From an uncultured bacterium (GTDB taxonomy: Bacteria; Deinococcota; Deinococci; Deinococcales; Trueperaceae), in contig CAZMFX010000001.1 of assembly GCA_964565625.1 (NCBI GenBank), forward strand, positions 3,058-58,792: a stretch of DNA of 55,735 nucleotides, in the 5' to 3' direction. Positions within the stretch are counted from its first letter, which is position 1. The number at the start of each line of letters is the position of its first letter. This document shows positions 51,071 through 55,735 of the stretch, piece by piece. The position numbers were made by a program, and so were the translations under genes. The notes below the pieces were generated by a model. That model did no database searches, was not told the origin of the DNA, and worked only from the letters and a program-made list of their open reading frames with translations.

Positions 51071-53467
51071 TTGAGGGACACGGGGGTTCTAGGTAGCGCA
51101 CCGGCAAGAGCGGTCCTCGCATGGTTGCCGTTGGCCGTCGGTCTCGTGGCTGGCGTTCTCGCATCCGCTCCGCCGGCCCCTGCCGGTCCCGGCGCGCCCG
51201 CCGATGAGTTCTCGGCGGCCAGGGCGCTCGAGGACCTCGAGCGCCTCGCGGGCGACGAGACGCCGCACCCGGTCGGCAGCGACGCGAACGCCGCGGTGCG
51301 GGAACGGCTGCTGGATGAGATCCGCGGTCTCGGACTCGAGCCCGACATCCACGAGTCGCTCGCTTGCAACCTGCGGTACTTCGTGTGCGGCCGGGTGGTG
51401 AACGTGACGGCGCGGTTGCCCGGCACCACGGACGGGCCGACGGTCGTCCTCACAGCGCATTACGACTCCGCGCCGGTCTCTCCCGGCGTTTCCGACGACC
51501 TCGTCGGCGTGACCGCCGTCCTCGAGGCGGCCCGTCATCTCGTTGCGCAAGGACCCTCGCGCAACCCCGTCCTCCTGCTCTTCACCGATGGAGAGGAGGT
51601 GGGGCTGCTGGGTGCAGAAGCGTTCCTCGACAGGCCCGCCTCACAGGACGTCGGGGTGGTCGTGAACGTCGAGGCGCGGGGCACGAGGGGCGCGAGCATG
51701 CTCTTCGAGACGAGCCCGGACAACGAGTGGCTGATTCGCTCCTTCGCCGCCGAGGCGAAGAGGCCCATCACGAGCTCGCTCCTCTACGAGGTGTACACGC
51801 TCCTGCCGAACGACACCGACCTTAGCGTTTACAAGGCGGCAGGCATGTCTGGCGTCAACTTCGCGTACGTCGGCGGCCTTCCGCACTACCACACGCCGCT
51901 GGACAGCCTGGAGAACCTCTCCCTCGCGTCGCTCCAACATCAGGGAGAGAACGTGCTGGCGGCAGCGAGAGCGTTCGCGGCAGCCGACCTCGGCGATCTG
52001 CCTGAGGGTCGCGCCGTCTTCACCACGCTCACGCCCGGCGTCGTCTTGACGTTGCCGCTCTCGTACGCCCTTCCCCTTGCCGTGATCGGCCTCGGGCTCA
52101 TCGTCGCCGCGTTCCTGCTCGCCAGGCGTAACGGCCATGTGACGGTCGCCGGTTGGGCCCTCGGCTTCGTCGCTGCCCTGGTGGGCGTAGGGTTCGCCGG
52201 CCTGATCGCGACGGGTGTCACCGGGTTGGTCTCGCTCATACGACCAGAGGCGGAGCCGTGGTACGCGTTCCCACTTCCCGCTCGCGTAGCGGTCTGGGGC
52301 TCGGCCCTGCTCGCCGTGTCGCTCGCGACGGTGACCGTCGCACGTACCGCGACCCGCTGGGGCCTCGCACTCGGCTCCTGGACGCTCTGGGCGCTCTTGA
52401 CGCTCACCGTCGCCATCGTGTTGCCTGGCGCGAGCGCCGAGATGCTCGCCGCGCTGGTGCCGTCCGCTGCGCTGTTCACGCTCGCAGCCCTCGTGCCCGC
52501 CCGCCCGTTCGCCATCGGCACCGCCGCGTTAGTTTCCGCCGCGCTCGCCGCGTACTTCTGGCTGCCGCTTGCTCTCGATCTAGAGAGCGGCCTTGGCCTC
52601 GGTTTCGCCGGACCCATCGCAGCGATCGTCGGCCTGGTAGCGACGACGTCGACCGCGCTGCTGGCAGGCGTCCGGCCGTACCGCCGCATGCCTGCAGACT
52701 TGCCGACCGCTACGCTGTCGCCGTCGCAACCAACACGGCCGGCGGCCGCTGTGGGCACCCCCTCACGGCGCGGACGCGCAGCGCTCGTCTCCGCGGTCGC
52801 CGCCGGCGTCGCTGCCGTCGCCGGCATCGCCGTTTCCTTCGCCGTGCCCGCCTACACCGAGCTATGGCCCCGCAGGATCTCGCTGCTCTACCAGCAGGAG
52901 TGGCACGAGGGCGAGATCGGTGCGGCGAGGTGGCTGGTCGAGGCGCAACCGGGCGGTCCACTACCCGAAGCGCTCGCCGCCGAGGCGGAGTGGCGCGAGC
53001 CGGTCTCGATACTGCCGTGGCCGAGCCCCAGGTACTGGGCGGCTCAGGCGCCGACGGACCAGACGCCTCCCCCGACCGCCGAGATCGTGTCGGACGAGAC
53101 TGTCGACGGCGAGCGCATGCTGACCGTTCGCCTGCGCACCTCCGCCGTCCCTCTGCGCACGGTCATCCAGGTGCCGGCCGGCGTTGGCCTGGCAGAAGCG
53201 AGGTTCGTCGGCTCGTCTGCAGCCTGGGACTTCCGCAGGGCGACCGGCCTGCGGGACCGCGTGATCAACTGCTACGGCCCGACGTGCGACGGCCAGGCGG
53301 TGACGCTCGTGCTGACCGGGACCGGCCCAGTCGAGCTGGCTGTCGCCGAGGTGATACCGGGTCTACCCGAGTCGGCCGGCTCTCTGCTCGCCGCCAGACC
53401 GGGCACGGCCGTGCCGAGCCAGGATGGAGACGTCTCGGTGCGCATCAACACGCTGACCATCCCGTGA
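51071..53467 (+). CDS. Membrane-embedded M28 family metallopeptidase (ERMP1/FXNA-like architecture)
   Basis: ORF 50945..53467 trimmed to TTG 51071 (AGGAGGG SD at 51058-51064). Signal/anchor, then an M28 core (VVLTAHYDSAPVSPGVSDDLVGV..LLLFTDGEEVGLLGAEAF..NVEARG). This is followed by about 8 TM helices and a ~250-aa C-terminal domain. Confidence 0.85.
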   Translation: MRDTGVLGSAPARAVLAWLPLAVGLVAGVLASAPPAPAGPGAPADEFSAARALEDLERLAGDETPHPVGSDANAAVRERLLDEIRGLGLEPDIHESLACNLRYFVCGRVVNVTARLPGTTDGPTVVLTAHYDSAPVSPGVSDDLVGVTAVLEAARHLVAQGPSRNPVLLLFTDGEEVGLLGAEAFLDRPASQDVGVVVNVEARGTRGASMLFETSPDNEWLIRSFAAEAKRPITSSLLYEVYTLLPNDTDLSVYKAAGMSGVNFAYVGGLPHYHTPLDSLENLSLASLQHQGENVLAAARAFAAADLGDLPEGRAVFTTLTPGVVLTLPLSYALPLAVIGLGLIVAAFLLARRNGHVTVAGWALGFVAALVGVGFAGLIATGVTGLVSLIRPEAEPWYAFPLPARVAVWGSALLAVSLATVTVARTATRWGLALGSWTLWALLTLTVAIVLPGASAEMLAALVPSAALFTLAALVPARPFAIGTAALVSAALAAYFWLPLALDLESGLGLGFAGPIAAIVGLVATTSTALLAGVRPYRRMPADLPTATLSPSQPTRPAAAVGTPSRRGRAALVSAVAAGVAAVAGIAVSFAVPAYTELWPRRISLLYQQEWHEGEIGAARWLVEAQPGGPLPEALAAEAEWREPVSILPWPSPRYWAAQAPTDQTPPPTAEIVSDETVDGERMLTVRLRTSAVPLRTVIQVPAGVGLAEARFVGSSAAWDFRRATGLRDRVINCYGPTCDGQAVTLVLTGTGPVELAVAEVIPGLPESAGSLLAARPGTAVPSQDGDVSVRINTLTIP

Positions 53468-53566
53468 TGACAGCTGGGCGCTCGCCGTGCAGCGGTCGAG
53501 CCTGCCGTTCTCGCCCGGTTTCCTACATCGCTACCCACCTATGAAGGCCGGGTTAGCATCGGCGAC

Positions 53567-54970
53567 ATGCTAAGTACCGACACTCTGAGCGCGTTGATCG
53601 CGCGTGGCAGGTCGGCTGGCGCCGACTTCGCCGAGGTATACGCCGAACGCTGGCGCAAGCGAGGCATCCGCGCCGTCAACGGACAGGTAGAGGACGCCAC
53701 CAGCGTCGTGCAGCGCGGCGCAGGCATCCGCCTCTTCTTCGGCCAGGACGTCCTATACGGCTACACCAACGACCTCTCGGACGCCGGCCTGACGGAGGTG
53801 CTCGACAGCCTCGTGGCCGTGAGGGGCAGCGGCGGCAACGGCCGACCGGACGCAGCCGGACGCGGCGGCATCGACCTGCGGCGGCTGGAGGTTGGGCCCG
53901 ACCTCCCTGGTCCCAGGGTCCCACCCACCGCTCAGGACAAGCGGTGGCGCCTCGAGCGCCTGCGCGAGGCGGATGCCGGTGCGCGCATCGACCCGGCCAT
54001 AAAGCAGGTCGAGGCGAACCTCAACGAGGTCGAGCAGGAGGTGCTGGTCGCCAACAGCGACGGCGTCCTCGCCGAGGACCAACGCACCCGCACGCGCATG
54101 GTCGTGCAGGCGATCGCCCGCGACGGCGACCAGACCCAGACCGCGCACGTCGGTCCCGGCCTCTCCGTTGGCCTGGAGCTCCTCGACATGTACCCGCCAG
54201 CCGAGACCGGTAGGCGAGCCGCGGAGATCGCCCTCACCAATCTGCGCGCGCGCAAGGCGCCTGCCGGCACCATGCCAGTGGTCGTCGGCAACGCGTTCGG
54301 CGGCGTGATCTTCCACGAGGCCCTTGGGCACCTGCTGGAGACGACGGCGGTCGCGAGGAACGCATCGGTGCTCGCCCACAAGCTGGGCGAGCAGATCGCC
54401 AGCCCGGCCGTCACGTACGTGGACGACGGCACGATCCCGTACGCCTGGGGGTCCACGAAGTACGACGACGAGGGCGCGCCGACGGAGCGCACCGTACTCA
54501 TAGAGAACGGCGTGCTCAAGAGCTACATGGTCGACCGCTGGGGCGGCATGGTCACCGGTTACCGCCCAACGGGCTCGGGCCGCAGGCAGGACTACACGTA
54601 CGCGCCCACCTCGCGCATGCGCAACACGTTCGTCGTGAACGGCGACACCCCCAAGGAGAAGCTCTTCGACGGCATCGAGTACGGCCTCTACGCCAAGGTG
54701 ATGGGCGGCGGGCAGGTAAGGCCGGGCTCCGGCGAGTACAACTTCGCCGTCAGGGAGGGCTACATGATCAGAGGCGGCGAGATAGCCGAGCCCGTCCGCG
54801 GCGCGATGCTGCTGGGCAAGGGCCCCGACACGATCAAGAAGGTGGTCGCCGTGTCGAACGACCAGAGCAACGAGCCCGGCATGTGCGGCTCGAAGTCCGG
54901 CTCCATCCCAACAGAGGTGGGGCAGCCGCACATCCTCGTAAGCGAGATCGTCGTCGGAGGTGAGGCATGA
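53567..54970 (+). CDS. tldD: TldD-family metalloprotease
   Basis: 467 aa. ADFAEVYAE, HExxxH motif FHEALGHLLE, C-terminal GMCGSKSGSIP. Confidence 0.9.
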   Translation: MLSTDTLSALIARGRSAGADFAEVYAERWRKRGIRAVNGQVEDATSVVQRGAGIRLFFGQDVLYGYTNDLSDAGLTEVLDSLVAVRGSGGNGRPDAAGRGGIDLRRLEVGPDLPGPRVPPTAQDKRWRLERLREADAGARIDPAIKQVEANLNEVEQEVLVANSDGVLAEDQRTRTRMVVQAIARDGDQTQTAHVGPGLSVGLELLDMYPPAETGRRAAEIALTNLRARKAPAGTMPVVVGNAFGGVIFHEALGHLLETTAVARNASVLAHKLGEQIASPAVTYVDDGTIPYAWGSTKYDDEGAPTERTVLIENGVLKSYMVDRWGGMVTGYRPTGSGRRQDYTYAPTSRMRNTFVVNGDTPKEKLFDGIEYGLYAKVMGGGQVRPGSGEYNFAVREGYMIRGGEIAEPVRGAMLLGKGPDTIKKVVAVSNDQSNEPGMCGSKSGSIPTEVGQPHILVSEIVVGGEA

Positions 54971-55735
54971 CCTTCGAGGAGGCGAAACGTTGGCTCCTCG
55001 ATAGGGCCACGAACCGCGGCGTTGACGTGGAGGTCCTGGGCAACACGGAGCGCGAGCTCAGGATCAACGCCCGCGACGGCAAGGCCGAGGAGACGACGGT
55101 GTCCCAGCGCGGCGGCGTGGGGCTGCGGGTCGTAGACGGCGGCAAGGTCGGTTACTCGTCCACCGAGGACCTCAGTGAGGAGTCCCTCGGCTGGGCCCTC
55201 GACGAGGCCATAGACAACGCCTCGCTTCAGGCCGACGGCAAGGCGGTCCTGCCTGGCGGCCGGGCGCTCGGCAGGCACGACCTCATGGACGAAGGCCTGT
55301 CAGGCACGATGGACGAGAAGCTGGGGATGGCGATCGGTCTCGAGGACGCCCTCAAGTCGGACGAGCGCGTGCAGTCGATCCAGTACTCGCTCTACACGGA
55401 GAGCCAGCTGGAGACTCACGTTGGTTCCACCAAGGGCGTGGACGGCTCCTACCGCAGGGGCACGGCAGCCATGGTGGCCGGGCTCGTCATGCGGGAGGGC
55501 GAGAGCGTGAAGCAGGGCTTCGAGGTCGACGCCGCCAACGACTTCCACCAGCTCGACCCCGGCCGCACCGGCCAGATGGCGCTAGACAAGATCGGCAGGC
55601 AGCTTGGCGCCAGGGGCCTCACGACGGGCCGCCGCCGCGCCGTCTTCGAGCCAGAGGTCGTCGCGACGCTGCTCCAGCTCCTCGTCTACTCCCTCTCTGG
55701 CAAGACCTTGGCCGAGGGCAAGAGCGGGCTGCAGG
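54967..55735 (+). CDS. pmbA: PmbA/TldE-family protein (N-terminal 256 codons; 3' end beyond window)
   Basis: ATG 54967 overlaps the tldD stop (ATGA). My translation is MTFEEAKRWLLDRATNRGVDVEVLGNTERELRINARDGKAEETTVSQRGGVGLRVVDGGKVGYSSTEDLSEESL..., the PmbA/TldD fold pattern. The frame stays open to the window end. Confidence 0.85.
   Translation, partial: MTFEEAKRWLLDRATNRGVDVEVLGNTERELRINARDGKAEETTVSQRGGVGLRVVDGGKVGYSSTEDLSEESLGWALDEAIDNASLQADGKAVLPGGRALGRHDLMDEGLSGTMDEKLGMAIGLEDALKSDERVQSIQYSLYTESQLETHVGSTKGVDGSYRRGTAAMVAGLVMREGESVKQGFEVDAANDFHQLDPGRTGQMALDKIGRQLGARGLTTGRRRAVFEPEVVATLLQLLVYSLSGKTLAEGKSGLQ

Noticed and set aside
1-55735. A search by eye for tRNA T-loop motifs, rRNA, CRISPR-like regularly spaced repeats, long direct or inverted repeats, and integrase, transposase, phage or plasmid genes that would mark a mobile island around the STAND gene.
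   Set aside because: None was found. All intergenic gaps are under 300 nt and lack repeat arrays. The paralogue pairs (the two phnE copies, the two LivK-like SBPs, the GNAT halves) are diverged at the DNA level. So the STAND gene is not visibly part of a mobile element in this window. This visual scan cannot exclude small or degenerate elements.

Overview
This is a gene-dense, high-GC window (GC judged by eye, not computed). I call 50 CDS, which by my coordinates covers about 94% of the sequence. GGAGG-type Shine-Dalgarno sites and many 1-, 4- and 8-nt start/stop overlaps suggest a high-GC Gram-positive chromosome; I cannot name the organism. I found no rRNA, tRNA, CRISPR array, transposase or integrase. 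Most of the content is transport and catabolism:
- a Dpp/Opp-type peptide importer with no ATPase genes, divergent from an Lrp regulator and a signal-less gamma-glutamyltransferase
- a copZ-csoR-copA copper operon with a CsoR-type operator
- a Na/Pi-PhoU transporter
- a complete livKHMGF-type operon, plus a truncated paralogous binding protein at the left edge
- a phnDCEE phosphonate importer
- a HAD-IIA/SorC/GlpD operon
- an 8-gene, translationally coupled reductive pyrimidine catabolism operon (mmsA-preT-preA-dihydropyrimidinase plus an NMT1/ThiY-type ABC importer)
- a methionine gamma-lyase-family enzyme, a MATE exporter, an ERMP1-like membrane M28 peptidase, and tldD/pmbA

The best candidate for an undescribed system is the 1029-aa gene at 21078..24167. 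It encodes an N-terminal membrane anchor, a DUF4062 (TIR-like) domain, an NB-ARC STAND ATPase and a C-terminal TPR array. That is the effector/switch/sensor layout of Avs- and NLR-like immune proteins. Here the effector sits where actinobacterial relatives of this ATPase-TPR module normally carry a DNA-binding domain.

Secondary oddities:
- an ABC permease with a roughly 410-aa repeat-containing extracytoplasmic insert
- a pyrimidine operon with no beta-ureidopropionase
- a small acidic protein with a duplicated FPASD motif
- a tandem GNAT fusion
- several operator-like palindromes

All family assignments come from motif recognition by eye. No database search was run.
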